Of a DNA stretch of 64,000 nt, positions 51,662-63,743 are shown piece by piece; position 1 is the first letter of the stretch; each line of letters opens with the position of its first letter. Source of the stretch: Lingula anatina. Taxonomy: Eukaryota; Animalia; Brachiopoda. The translations under genes were made by a program, and so were the position numbers. Location: NCBI GenBank assembly GCA_051362555.1, contig CM120643.1, positions 9,548,001-9,612,000 on the forward strand. The letters run 5' to 3'. The notes beneath the pieces are model-generated. The model made no database searches. It was not told where the DNA came from and was given only the letters and a program-made list of their open reading frames with translations.

Positions 51662-51835
51662 TAGTTAATAGATGTTGAGGCAAACAGTCAGTGATGAGTG
51701 GTTGTTTCCACCCAAAACACACACATTTTCACTGACCAAACATCTTTTATTGACCATTTTTTTAAAAAAGTATTCAGCATCTGTTTAAGCTCTATAAGTA
51801 GCAAGATTTTTTATTATAGATAAAAATAAATATTT

Positions 51836-51870
<35 letters not shown>

Positions 51871-53812
51871 TTGACAGAATGCTGACCCAGACAGAAGTGA
51901 AAAACCATTCAATTCCCAACAGTTGGAGGAATGTGACACGTTTCCAGAAGAAACATCAGCCATGTTGAGGTTTGACGGGGATACACACCAGTCGACTCAT
52001 CTGGTGAGATGTCCAACATGGAGTGGTTGTTGATGGATTCTGGGATGAAAAATATCCTCTGCGAAAATTTGTCATATAACACTCACTTACGGTTCTCAGT
52101 CTGTACTAGAACATGATGTTTTTTCTCTTGAAAATATTCTTAATCTGTTCTGGGACATTCTGAAGGACTTCCCAAAATAGTTCTTGAACCGTTACATTCA
52201 TTACAGAACAACATTAGAGCTGTAAAAAAAATACTCCCAAATGTTCTAGAATAGATTGAGAACTGTAAGTGAACGTTAAATGAGCTAATTTTCGGTATCT
52301 CTGCTTTTTGAATGTTTAGAAGTCAAAGAATTTTGTACAAAGATAAGAATTTAAAGGGATAATAACTCTTTGTTTTGGCCAAAAAATGAATTTTCCTGGA
52401 GTAAACAACAATTTTCCCATACTTACAATGGTTAATGAATCCATTTTTACATTCAAAGTTAGTCCCTGTTTTTTTTTTTTTTTCCTAAAAAGTTTGGTTT
52501 TTTGTTAAAATCTCTTAAGAGATTATAACAGAGTATAGCCATCAATGGAGATCACGTGGTCTGAAGACAAGCTCAGATATTAGAATAATAGCTAAAACTG
52601 CCCTTTTTGTAGTCAAACAGAATATATTATATTTCTGTGAGTTATTCACAATGTTTTTATTGTGAAGTATAGACCTCACACGAAGAGTTATCCCTTTAAA
52701 GTAACCAAAAAGTTAAAAAAAAAACACACAAAGGGGCAAGGGGTAATTAAAGGGTCACAGGTAAAATTTCCAGTTTCAGTCACTGTTTTTTAAAAAGTAA
52801 TGTAAAATTTAGTGGCATTTTTATATTGTTTGACAATTTTGTAACATGATGCATTTTACTAAGTTCATTTTGTTTTGTTTTTTTTTTAACGTTGCATAGA
52901 TTGTCATGAGTGGTTATTTGCACCTAAACCAATTTAAGGATGAAAACATTTATTTCCTTGAAGCATGCCACTGATAACTGTGTACATTGTATATTTTTGT
53001 GAGAATTTATCTTGTCAGTCCTTGACTATAATTTTCCCACTTAAAGTGGAAAATGTGATGAACTATATAATTCAGATTTTAGTTGTTATATAAACAATCA
53101 GTGTAGTGCATTAACTAAGGAAAGTAAAGCATGTATTTACTTATGCAGGCAGTGAATCTGGCATTTGATAGAAATGGTGCATTAAGGATATTGTAACCCT
53201 TTATTATCATACCTTTAATGATTCAGATACCAAAAAATGAGGTTTTCCTGCATCTAATTGTTCAATAATGCATCTTTCTTTTTGCTGATTTAAAACAAAA
53301 AAAACCTCGAAATTATGAAATATTTGCCATTACAGTCTTCATTTTTGTCACTTCAGGTGGACCTCAGTAGTCACCAATGGCTATTTAACACAGCTTTACA
53401 TAGTGATCAGATGCCAGCAGTGTGTCTTCGCCATGATGTAGACGGGTTGCTATGGCAACCAAAGGCAAACTACGAGAAAAAAGAGTGTCCGTTGCTTCAC
53501 ATCGGTACATTTAACGCCTTAGGGTATGTCCAGGCATCTAAAAGAGACAAAAAATTTGCCGGGTGCTCGCCAGACTTAACATTCGCAGTGCTCTGTGACT
53601 GTGTCCGCCACGTTTTTGTCTACCGTCAGCCAGAGGCTACTCTCTCTCCTCTGAGGAACAGAAAAACTGGCAGGGAGGTTGGAGCAGTTGCTAAGCAACA
53701 AGTGATTAGTTTAGACTCTACAGATCCAGTGATGGGCCTGGCAATATCAACTGACAAGATTTTTGTTCTGACGGCAAAGATTTTGCATGTTATTAAAGTG
53801 AAAGAAACTTAG
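45728..53812 (+). CDS. NUDCD1: NudC domain-containing protein 1
   Basis: Exons 45728-45842 (VDRALIDPNFDGYKLSL), 46350-46504 (QYSLQHLKAFGIHNHL..DPW), 48589-48774 (ADGAGRLY), 49251-49440, 49748-49942, 50368-50578 (CS domain YTWFQSMEDLTV), 51449-51590, 51878-52003 (FNSQQLEECD) and 53357-53812 (HQWLF, CLRHDVDGLLWQP, FNALGYVQASK). Confidence 0.95.
46515..48056. mobile_element. Host MITE (8-bp TSD aagtaaca) containing the 46524-47886 insertion
   Basis: aagtaaca|ggggcg...cgccccc|aagtaaca, with inverted ttcggaccaatgaacc repeats. Confidence 0.75.
46524..47886. mobile_element. Non-autonomous CAG..CTG TIR element (1.36 kb) with 5-bp TSD cggta
   Basis: cggta|cagggctcgacac...tgtcgagccctg|cggta; subterminal acctgtcc/ggacagg repeats. 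Confidence 0.88.
50862..51243. mobile_element. TTAA-targeting element nested in a partial Kolobok-like copy (~50789-51325)
   Basis: ttaa|aggtacatac...gtatgcatct|ttaa splits the sequence ggattcattaaccattggtaag, which is uninterrupted at ~42303. Confidence 0.78.
52355..52695. mobile_element. Kolobok-like element, inverted copy of 42045-42388
   Basis: ttaa|agggat...gagttatccct|ttaa; internal sequence is the reverse complement of the 42 kb copy. Confidence 0.8.
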
Positions 53813-54655
53813 CAAAGGATAATTTTTCCATTATAGGATATATTTTTTTCTCTTTCTTCTTTGGTAAATATATTGGAAAGCAGTTATATATATATGGGAT
53901 GAGATTTTTATATATCTGCAAATGCAACAGGTTATGGGCGGTCACAACTGATTGAAATGCATTTCTGGGCATGTTGATAAAAGGATCAGTTGTCTCCCTG
54001 TAGAATGATGAAATCTTTCCAAATCCATTCATATTTAACTTGAATTTCCCAGAGAAATAAAATGTCGAAATTAGTCTTTCGTTTCTTTGCTCTGTTGCCC
54101 TTTTTGTGTCAGTAGCCTGTGCGTAATTATCAGGTTTATGCATAGATTATTTTTCTTATAGTGAATTTTTATAAATAAAATCTCTTCAACAATTGACAAT
54201 ATACCCAAAAAATTTTTTTTAATAAAAAATAATTCTTAATAATTGCCTGCTCAACCATGAATCACATTAAAACAATGCAGTTTGCTTCAACGTTTTATTT
54301 CCATACGTTATTGTAATAAGACAAAGTTTAAATAAAAACACAAATGCGTTATGCGCTAACATACACTTACGATTTTTATTAAAACAGGTTATCGAGTGCG
54401 CAGTTTTTCTCTCATAAAAAGAACAGCCAATTGTTTGTTTCCAATTGTAACTTGGAAAACGTGTGCGATGGTTTGATTTACCACGCCGTTTTTAAATTTA
54501 AGTTCTTTTCAGAACGCAATTCATCTTTCATTTACTTCGTTAACTGCGCAACAGCTTAACAGCACAAGGTAACATTTTAGGCAATGTAAGACGAATTCAT
54601 TCAAAACTTCTGAGAATTTGACATCCTTCAAACTTGCGTATTATCAGACGTGCTA

Positions 54656-56647
54656 TTATTTTTCCTCTTCCTCCTCTTCACCTTCCTCGCCTCCTTCATC
54701 TTCCTCCTCTTTTCCTCCTTCCTCGTCGCCTCCTTCCTCCTTCTCTTCCTCACCTTTTCCTTCACCCTCCTCTTCCTCACCATTTCCTTCACCCTCCTCT
54801 TCCTCACCATTTCCTTCGCCCTCCTCTTCCTCACCATTTCCTTCACCCTCCTCTGTTTCCTCAGCGGCCTTTGGACTCTCTGTCGTCGCTTCAATGATTA
54901 CAATTTTTGGTTTCGTTGTCGTTTTAGGCACCACTTGGATTGCCACCACTTTGGGTTTACTAACTGGTTTGGCTGCGACTTTAACAGTTGTAACTTTCTT
55001 TTTAGGCTTCGGCTTTGGCTTCTCAATGTCAACTGACACCACTTTTGGTTTAGATCCCGGTTTGCGTTCAACTTCAACGGCTACAATTTTCGGTTTAGGG
55101 ATGGGTTTCCGTCTTGGGGGAGGTTTGCGGATTGACGGACGGCGCTTATGAACAGCTGGTCTTCTCAATCTAAGTCGCCTTCTCCTAAGCCTTTCCGCAT
55201 ACAGACGTCGTCTTCTCTTACGCCTTTCCAAATACTGACGTCGCCTTTTCTTACGCCTTTCCAAATACTGACGTCGCCTTTTCCAAAAATTTTCATAATG
55301 CTGACGTCGCCTTTTCCTAATCCTTTCTAAATACAGACGCCTTCTCTTAAGCCTTTCCAAACGCCCTTTACTACGCATGGCCCTGCCAGAACCACGTCGC
55401 CGATGCCATATATTTCTTGGCCTTGGCCGATGCCTTGGTCTTTTTCTGATATTCCTTCTCCTGACATAGGGTGATTTAGAACCGAGCCGAATTTGTGTTC
55501 TGGTTTTTTTAACTATGGCGTAGATAACCGTTTGGCCGCGAAACCCTCCACAAGGCAGCAACGATTTTCGGCAACGATAGTTACATCGGAAGTCACTAAC
55601 TCTCTTAAGTTGACGGAGATGGACGTTGTTTTTCAAACAGCGGCATATGGTGTTTATTCGCCTTCAATTAAAAGTGGAATCATCATTAATGGCTTTGAAG
55701 TTTGCACAGTGAATCTATCGAACGGAATATTAAAGATACTAACAATCGGCAAGAATTGATGAAAGGACACAGACATGCAGACATGCTTGTGAATTACACA
55801 ACGTCAAAAACTGGCAACAGAAATAATATTTGACACACTAGCTGTATTGAGTCCTCATTTTAGATTAACTGATTTTGTGTAATTCACATCCCAATAACAT
55901 TTTTGTAGCTTACCTCGATTGGGTCAGTGCTACATATTTACTTCCTTTCTTTTTGCAGAAGTCTGTGCAGTCTCCAACTTTGAGTAAACGCCCCATCTTT
56001 TCATGACTGGTGAAGGCAGTCGTGCTGGGTTTAGAATAGCAGCCCGTGTAGCGTCCGCCCTCTGGGCCGGCTACTGGATGTCTCCACCCTGTTCAAGAAA
56101 CATGTTATTTTAATTTCATTTAAACGTGGTTGATAATGCATCATAATTTGATATATCGTTAGAAGTAAACGGAAAGGTTTGCAGGGTTTTCGCCAGAAAT
56201 AAGAAAAATTAAAGAAATATCTTGTAGCGTTTTGCAGACTTCTACTAGACTTCTACTAGATTTCGATTTTTAAAATTCCCAAACCACAAATATCTGTAAA
56301 TTTACATTTTAATGAAAACGATGGGGTGGTAATTAGCATTTTTACCGAGTGGTTATTACAAGCTTTTTTATCTTACCAAAACTTATTGAGCAAAATAAAA
56401 ATTAAAATTGAACATGCAGAAAACGAATTTATGAAAACTCCTTTAATTCGCTATTTTGAAAAAAAATCCCCATAGTCTACTGATGAGGGGTGAAACGACA
56501 ATAGCAATATGTAATGATTGAGAGCATTAAACCTTTGTGTACTACTTGTGAGACGTTTTTAAAATACGTACTTGCACTGGTAGGCGTGAGATGAAAAGTC
56601 AAAAAGCAACAAAAGAAGACAGCTGCGATTTGTGAGAAGGCCATCAT
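54656..56647 (-). CDS. Secreted protein (~418 aa): signal peptide, WSC domain, Arg-rich repeats, Lys/Pro/Val repeats, Glu/Gly tail
   Basis: Exons 56572-56647 (MMAFSQIAAVFFCCFLTFHLTPTSA), 55914-56088 (YTGCY..CTDFCKKKGSKYVAL) and 54656-55661 (ICRC..CNYRC..PCGG..IY, then low-complexity blocks). The splice phases join in frame and the eight-cysteine pattern fits WSC. Confidence 0.82.
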
Positions 56648-58250
56648 ACCTGAAAAGAGTTCATTTCTAGAGAGCCTCATTTCGAACGTTTACGAACGGT
56701 ATGAAAGTTTTTCGGCTTAGGTTTGATAATTTTCATTTATCATTTTTATGGAATAAGATTATATGACATAAAATAAATCGATTGGAAATTAGGAAAAATA
56801 TCAAAAAATACCAACCTGATAAATTAAACTTCGGTGCTAACTCGAAATCATTGTAAAGGCAATGTGATTTTTGGCCGAAATATCTTTAAATGTTTCGATT
56901 CACTTGTTGAAATCACGCAAAATATATATTTTGGTTGCGTTATTTGACCTAATATGCGACCTGAATTATTCCCGTTTCATTTCGACTTACCTGCTTGTCA
57001 AATGGGTAACTCTGGACTTGAATTTTACGTCAAGTTGATAGATAGTCTTGAAATAAACAGTGAGAATCTAAAACGTTTACTCCTCTTTTTCAGTGCCAAA
57101 TTATCCAGGCAGTGCTATTACGGACATTTTGCCCCTGGACAGAAGTTGCCTAAGACTGTCGCGGACGCAAAACCGTTACGTCAAGCGCACGTGGTGTCAT
57201 TCCACGTTATCTGCTTGACGTTTTACGTCACACAGATGACGTCATCATGTTTACGTTGCACAACGTTACAACTCCCGTAACATGCCGCTGTAGATTCGAT
57301 AAATTTGAATAGATCTACGTGTAGATCTATAAATATAATAAGAAACGGTTTAAAATCCTGGAAAGACTCAATAACACGCTTACAAAATTTAAAAAAAAAA
57401 ATAAAATATATATATACCCATTGGAGCTCAGATGTCACAACCACAAATTTAAAATCGGGGGAAATCTGTAGGCCAAAGGCGTTAAAGGTGTTGACGATTT
57501 TCGTGAAGAAACTAGATCTAGGCTTACATAGACCTATGCAAGGTAAAACACATTGCTTGTTGGAACAAGAAAACTGACTGTCGTGGATTTGTTTTACACT
57601 TCATGATACTATCTGTGAGGCTTATTTGATAATATTCCATTGATGGCTTTCGATCCTTACATAACATTGTAGGCCTACTTATTACAAAGTTCCAGACTAA
57701 ATTCCAGTTTAAACTGACACTTAATTGATTAAATAACACTTGATTATAGCTGTTTTCTTTCTACTTTTTTTTAAATTAATTTCTTACTTTGAAATAAATT
57801 TCCTGCATTTATCTAGTGTCATTTACTTCCTGCAGTTTTAGAATGAGTATAGTCACTTATAAGCAGTACATACCAAATAAAAGGAAAAAATACAACTAAT
57901 ATTTTATATGAATTAAATTTTATAGACTGGTGATGAAATATAAAAGGAATGAAAATTAAATAACGTCCAAAATCTGTCCTTCTACGAAGAATTTCGTACC
58001 AAAAACTCACATTTCAATGATTTTATAATCAAAATTTCTACACAACATGTAAAACACACTTGTCATTTTGTACTGGGATAAACATAGATTGTATTTACAC
58101 CTAAAATGCAATACTTTTGGGTGCACATGGTGCACTTTTGGGTGTTCAAAACGAGAACGTGGGCACTTGTAACAAATTTACATTTCAAATTACAACCGTT
58201 TGTGAGAAAATCCAGAAGGTAAGGGTGATTTTAATTATCAGTGAGTATAA

Positions 58251-58514
58251 CAGGGGCGGATCCAGGGTTATTTGAAGGGGGGTCCGGTTTTTTTTTTTTT
58301 TTTTTTTAAGAATGACAGGCTTCTGATGCGAAGCCGACCCTTGGGTGTTTTGGAGGGCAAACGTTGCCTTTCGGTGCAGTTTAGAACTATGATTCAGCTC
58401 TTCAAATTTCTTAAATCAGGAGGGGAATATTGGTGTGATTTTTTTTCCAGAAACCGAAAGGCGGGGGAACAGGATCCCCCCTGAACACCACCCCCCCCCC
58501 TAAATCCGCCGCTG
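58251..58514. mobile_element. CAG..CTG MITE with 5-bp TSD tataa
   Basis: tataa|caggggcggat...atccgccgctg|tataa. Confidence 0.83.
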
Positions 58515-58963
58515 TATAAAATAACAATTTAGGACACCAAAAATTAAAATTTAGGACACTTAAAAATTCCGCCATGCGGAAGCTACCTGAGAAATATTAA
58601 GTGCGCATGCTCATCAGTTAAACTCGTGGTGAAGAAAGCATGGCGGCTGAAGGCGATCGAAGGAAAAAAGCTCTTCTGTTCTATTATCTTTCAAAACAGA
58701 GACGAAAAAGGAATGAATTGGCCCGTAGAGCAGCAATGAATCGACTGTCTACGGAGATAATATCACCAGAGATATTCACGGAGATATTCATGTTCGGAGC
58801 CGAGATTTAATTACTGTACCCCGCAGGGACGACGTGTGGGGAGGCGTGTGAGAGGCGGAGAGACTATTAAAAGATTAGGCGGGGTTTTTTTTTCATGTAC
58901 GTCCGCCATTTTTAGTTCTCAGGATTTGTAAAGCCTGGCTCAATTCGTTGAGAATGCGGTCTT

Positions 58964-59614
58964 AGTCCCGTTTCACAAAGAAACTAAAAGGTCGCTTACG
59001 TCGTTTTTTTCTTAGCTGCTAGTCGACGATGTCTAGCCTCCTCGGGAGGAGACTTAAGTCGGCAAGCTCAACTAAAACTCGGTAAATGAGAGCATAAACA
59101 ACAAAAATTTGGAAAGAATATACCTCCTTCAAGATATTGTGTTATAATATTCTTGAATAGCACTGACATTTATGGAATATTGAAATAAAAAATAAAATGC
59201 CACTTTACCCAGCCGATCGCGTGTTTGTTTATGTTTTTGACCGCTAGATGTCCGTCAGTAGTGTTCCACGACAAGCTAATGTTTAACTGTTACTTTGAAG
59301 TTGAATTGAAGTAAAACTAATCAATAAAGTTCAAAAACAAACTTTGTTTGTGTTTTGGCTGACTTTTATCGTTGATAAACGATCGTTCTCGGCCGAAAGA
59401 GGCCATTAAACGTTATGTCTTGTGAAACTTTGAAATTTTAAACCTCCTTTTCTTGAAGAGTTTCTCGTGCGCGTCGACTACGGTAAGCACACCAAGCTAC
59501 GACTTTAGATTCTTTGTGAAACACTCCTAGTCGACTGCAGCGTAGTCGACCTAGCTAGGCCATTCAGCTCGAGCTAGTCAACTACGGATTTAAGATTCTT
59601 TGTGAAACGGGGAC
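58964..59614. mobile_element. Non-autonomous TIR element, probably Harbinger-type
   Basis: TIR gtccc(c)gtttcacaaagaa / ttctttgtgaaacggggac. Further partial termini (gtgaaaccggcccc) follow, to about 59800. Confidence 0.65.
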
Positions 59615-61028
59615 CAGTCGTTAAATATCCAAGGCAATAACGAGACAATAACGAGCGAGAGAACTAGCGATTGTTTCGTGAAACGGCACTCATAACTAGC
59701 GAGAGGCTAACTACCGATCGCTAACTAACTACTGCTTTGTGAAACCGGCCCCTGCTTCGTGAAACCGGCCCCTGACCAGTCGTTAAATATCCAAGGTAAC
59801 AACGAGACAATGTGGCCTTATGTCCCACGCGGGACGAAGAGCAATGATGAACAACGAGACAATACATGTACAGTAGGACACATACTGTCGAAAAGCGGCC
59901 GTACTTCGTCACGTCATGATTGTTGATTTGGTACGTCCGCGTGAAGATATAGTGTCAGAAGGAAGATCCGATGAAAATGCGTACATTGGAAATAAAACTT
60001 TATTCCAAAAAATAGACTACGAGCTGAGTTTTAATATTTTAGTTACTAAATGAGCATTTATTTATCTATCCAAAAACAACATACTTTCGTCCCTGTGCCG
60101 ACTTATAATAAAACTATTATTCTTTGATTTCAGAGCAACGCAAAATTTTGACGACCTAAAATTGCTCTGCCTAGGGTGGGACTATATGGCGAGAAATTTG
60201 TTTACAAATACAAAATCGGCTTAAAATTTAATAAACGATTGTACATATATAGGTTTTGAATTTGTAAGGGAAAATCCTGCACACTCTTTAGTTAGTGTAT
60301 CGGTAGAAAATCTGAATTGTTGTGTAAAAACCGCGTAAAATCGGTGCAATCCTATACCCTGAAGTCACACACTAAATTCAGTAGTTTATTTGCCATAAAA
60401 AAATGCATATTTTAAGTCAAACTAATTCACACAAACCTATTTCAAATATCGTCGACTGTTCAGCGTTCAAACATGGCCCTTTCACCTTGAACTTGAACAG
60501 CTGAGTATGAGCATGTGACTCACGGAAGTACACGAATGGAAACAGAATTAAGTTTTTATCGTCAATTAGATAGAAGTTTGTCATATAAATGTGACTGTTT
60601 TTTGTAATGCTGTTGTAAGATAACACTGGGAATCTCATAAATAAAAAAATTGATAATATTCATTGAATATTCCGTCTCACTGAGAGAACGCACCTGCTGA
60701 CCCGTATCGAGAAGAAATCCCGCCATTTTCGCCATGTTCCAGCTCGGAGAGGGGCGAAAAGTAGAAGTGGCACTATGCATGCTTTCTTGAGTCATTTCTG
60801 TATATTTGTAACTCAGCTACAGTGAAATCTTACAATATGAGGTGATCGTAGTTGGAGTCGGCGGCCCAACATCGGCCCACCGGCGACATGCTATCTGGCG
60901 AGTTTTTAAATTATAATTGTGTAGATGTTCCCTTTTAAAAGTAACTTTCTTGAAAATAATTTTACTCCACATGTGCAAGACCCAAGACCCCTAATTAATA
61001 GTAATGGACTGCGTTTACTAATCACTAT

Positions 61029-61301
61029 GGGTGCTTTCCCAGAGATTTAGATCGATCTAAAGATTAAGATTTAGATCGATCAAAAGATTAAGATTTAGAT
61101 CGATCAAAAGATTAAGATTTAGATCGACCTAACTCCCTGGGGGTTCACGCTAAATTGCAGTCAGCCGAGCGGGCACCATAGTTAATTACCCCCTTACAGC
61201 TTTTAGTAGGCGGGACAGACGCTTAAGCCGGCCAAGCTGACAGTAATCTAGTGAGACTCCCCACAGGGATAGATCGATCTAAAATCTATGGAAATGGGGT
61301 G
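61029..61301 (+). mobile_element. MITE family A copy with internal tandem expansion
   Basis: Same element, with the unit gatttagatcgatc(t/a)aaagattaa repeated three times. Confidence 0.88.
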
Positions 61302-61742
61302 TAAGGTTTTATTTGTTTATCGATATTAACCAATTAATAACTGCTGTTATTAGCAACCGATGGGTAGTATAAATAAACAATACGGTTAGGTAACGTTGCA
61401 CTTGATTGCCAAGTGCCCTGAATATATTACTCTTCTTTGATATATTCATACTAGTCTGAGCTATATAGGTTGTCTATATTTAGATCGCCACACTGCGAGT
61501 TGCATAGCTTTTTTAAAAAGTTTGGATACAAATTTGCAACCAGAAACTAGCACAATTTACTTCTATTTGGCTGTTTAAAAAAATTATTTGAATTTAGAAG
61601 AATACCCTTTACTGTCTGAACTGTGATAGGCCGGATTAGATAAAATTAAGTTGTAACTAGTTGGCTGTTACTACTGGTATAGGCTAGCTTGATCTATATT
61701 TACAAAAACATCATATTACAGTCTACTAGCAGGTTAGGTTAG

Positions 61743-62343
61743 ATGGCTCACTCTTGTCCAGTTCCCTTCACTTTCCCCGCAAGCAGCATGCCTGAGCAGT
61801 TCTCCAGGGGCAATATATTAATTGTTGGGGATTCTCTGCTTACCCATCTAAAAGACAACTATTCTCCATTTTCGGACCTTCATACCACAACTTTATCAAT
61901 TTACGGTGCCAAAATTGAGCAGGTTTTTTCAGGCATCCTAAAAGCAAACCTGTTTCTCGCGGATTTTGACATTTTGGTTTTACACGTGGGCACCAATAAC
62001 ATAAAATTGCCTTCAGAAAATGTAAGCACTTGTCTAACAAAATTCCGTGGCCTTGTATCTCAAGTTTGTGGTATTAACCCCAACATAAAAATTTGTATTT
62101 CGGCTGTACTACCCCGCGAGGTAGACAAATTTAAACACATCACCCATCCTCTTGCTCAAAAGCATGTTATCAACTCTTTTGAATACGAAGTACAGCTTGT
62201 TGAACAAAAGCCTACTTTTAGAATGTCAATCTCAGCACTCTTTATATTTTTTGGACAGTACTGAGTACTTAAAAAAACCTCAGGCTGGAAAATTATTGGC
62301 ACGTGATGGGCTGCATTTGAATTTTCTAGGTATCAAAACATTA
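61743..62343 (+). pseudogene. SGNH/GDSL esterase-like ORF, frameshifted and interrupted; resembles LINE (CR1/L2-type) ORF1 esterase
   Basis: Blocks IVGDSL, GAKI, VLHVGTNN, ISAVLPR in one frame and DGLHLNFLG in a second frame (shift near 62150-62190). Intronless; a low-complexity EEDWPAL/Pro-Thr tail resumes after 63743. Confidence 0.8.
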
Positions 62344-63743
62344 AGTGGAGACCGGGGCACGTTCGGCCCCGGGGCACGTTCGGCTTTCACTCGTATTTTC
62401 CTTAATTAACACTTTTGGTCCAGCAGCGACCCCTTTATGTGTCACATGATCTATTTAGCGGATACTACAAAAATAAGGCTTCTGTGGTGCACTCCGTTCG
62501 GAAGATATGATTGAAAAACTTATTTTTCACGTGTAAAATTTTTTAAAAGGTTTTTTGATTTGGGTCTACTTCAGCATTAATTAGTTGAATTACTGTCACC
62601 AATGCATTATAACATAAGAGCATATAGAAAGCCAATTTTAATGAGGTATGACACCTCACTGTCGACTTGTTAATTATGTTGCTATGGTAACATACATTCG
62701 GAATGCAGGCTTGGGGTAAGTTCGGCCCCTCAAGGTGGGGCACGTTCGGACCCTGGGTTGGGTACGTTCGGCCAGGGGCCGAACGTGCCCCTTGGCTTTG
62801 GCTTGATCTAAAAATTATTATTTTTAAGCCAAAAAAAAGTTTGTTATATGCTAACATTTCAGCGCCATTAGTGGGGTTAAAACTTAAGCTGGTATCTTCA
62901 CTTTTTAATTGTCGCCTTTTTTTCAACCACGCACGAAGCCTATAATTCAAATATTTAATACATGTACATATCATTAACTTATATTTTTCAGAGAAACACT
63001 ATGGCATCTAGCCGGAAATATTAACATTGTTTAAAGATCACTGGAGTTTTCATCTAGTTTTCTTTTAAATATTTTCTTAACGTGGCATTATTTCAAACAA
63101 ATTGTGTATGTTAAAATGTTTTTTGTGATTACAGTTGAAGTTTTGCGTTTGAACGCTTTGTTGTGATCAAATGTTAGAAAATTTTCCCGTTGGATTAAAT
63201 GTGGGGTTTCAATACTGACGTAGGTCAGTTCCTTCATGTTCTGTTATTGATATACATGAGAAGTATAAAGACCTATGCATTTAAAAAAATAGTAGCTCAA
63301 TACATGTAGTTCAAGGACATACATGTACCAAACAAACAATTTCAATTAGGCCTAAATATCTTTCTAAAACCTAACTAAATTATTTATTTCAAGTGTATCG
63401 TCACAGTTTAGTAGCTAATTTAGCACCAAAATACCTATTTTTTAAAAAATAAAAATACCTTAAAAGGTATTCATGTGAAATGGAAATAAAAGAAATCGGT
63501 AAGAGAGTATTTGAATTTGCAGGCCGAACGTGCCCCAGGCGGGGGCACGTTCGGCCACGTGTTGGAAATTTATTTCATGTTAAATTTCTTTAAAATGCAA
63601 GGTCTTCTTTTCATTTAAACAATGTATAAAAAAAGGAAATTTAGCAGTCTATCTACTCAAAACACATCATTGAGATTCGTCGTCAAGCAGCTGAACTACA
63701 ACCGATCAAAGGAAAAGGGGCCGAACGTGCCCCGGTCTCCCCT
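62344..63743. mobile_element. Non-autonomous TIR DNA transposon (~1.4 kb) inserted in the SGNH ORF
   Basis: TIR ag(t/g)ggagaccggggcacgttcggcccc at both ends; internal repeats of ggggcacgttcgg; no transposase ORF. Confidence 0.88.

Noticed and set aside
54618-55330. Ser/Pro-, Leu/Phe- and His/Pro-rich ORFs
   Set aside because: Other frames of the repetitive WSC-gene exon; only the - strand frame joins the signal-peptide and WSC exons.
54656-55636. Protamine or histone-H1-like interpretation of the Arg/Lys-rich ORF
   Set aside because: In-frame upstream exons give a signal peptide and a disulfide-type domain, pointing to secretion.
61040-61130. CRISPR-like repeated unit
   Set aside because: No spacers; it is a tandem expansion inside a MITE in a eukaryotic genome.
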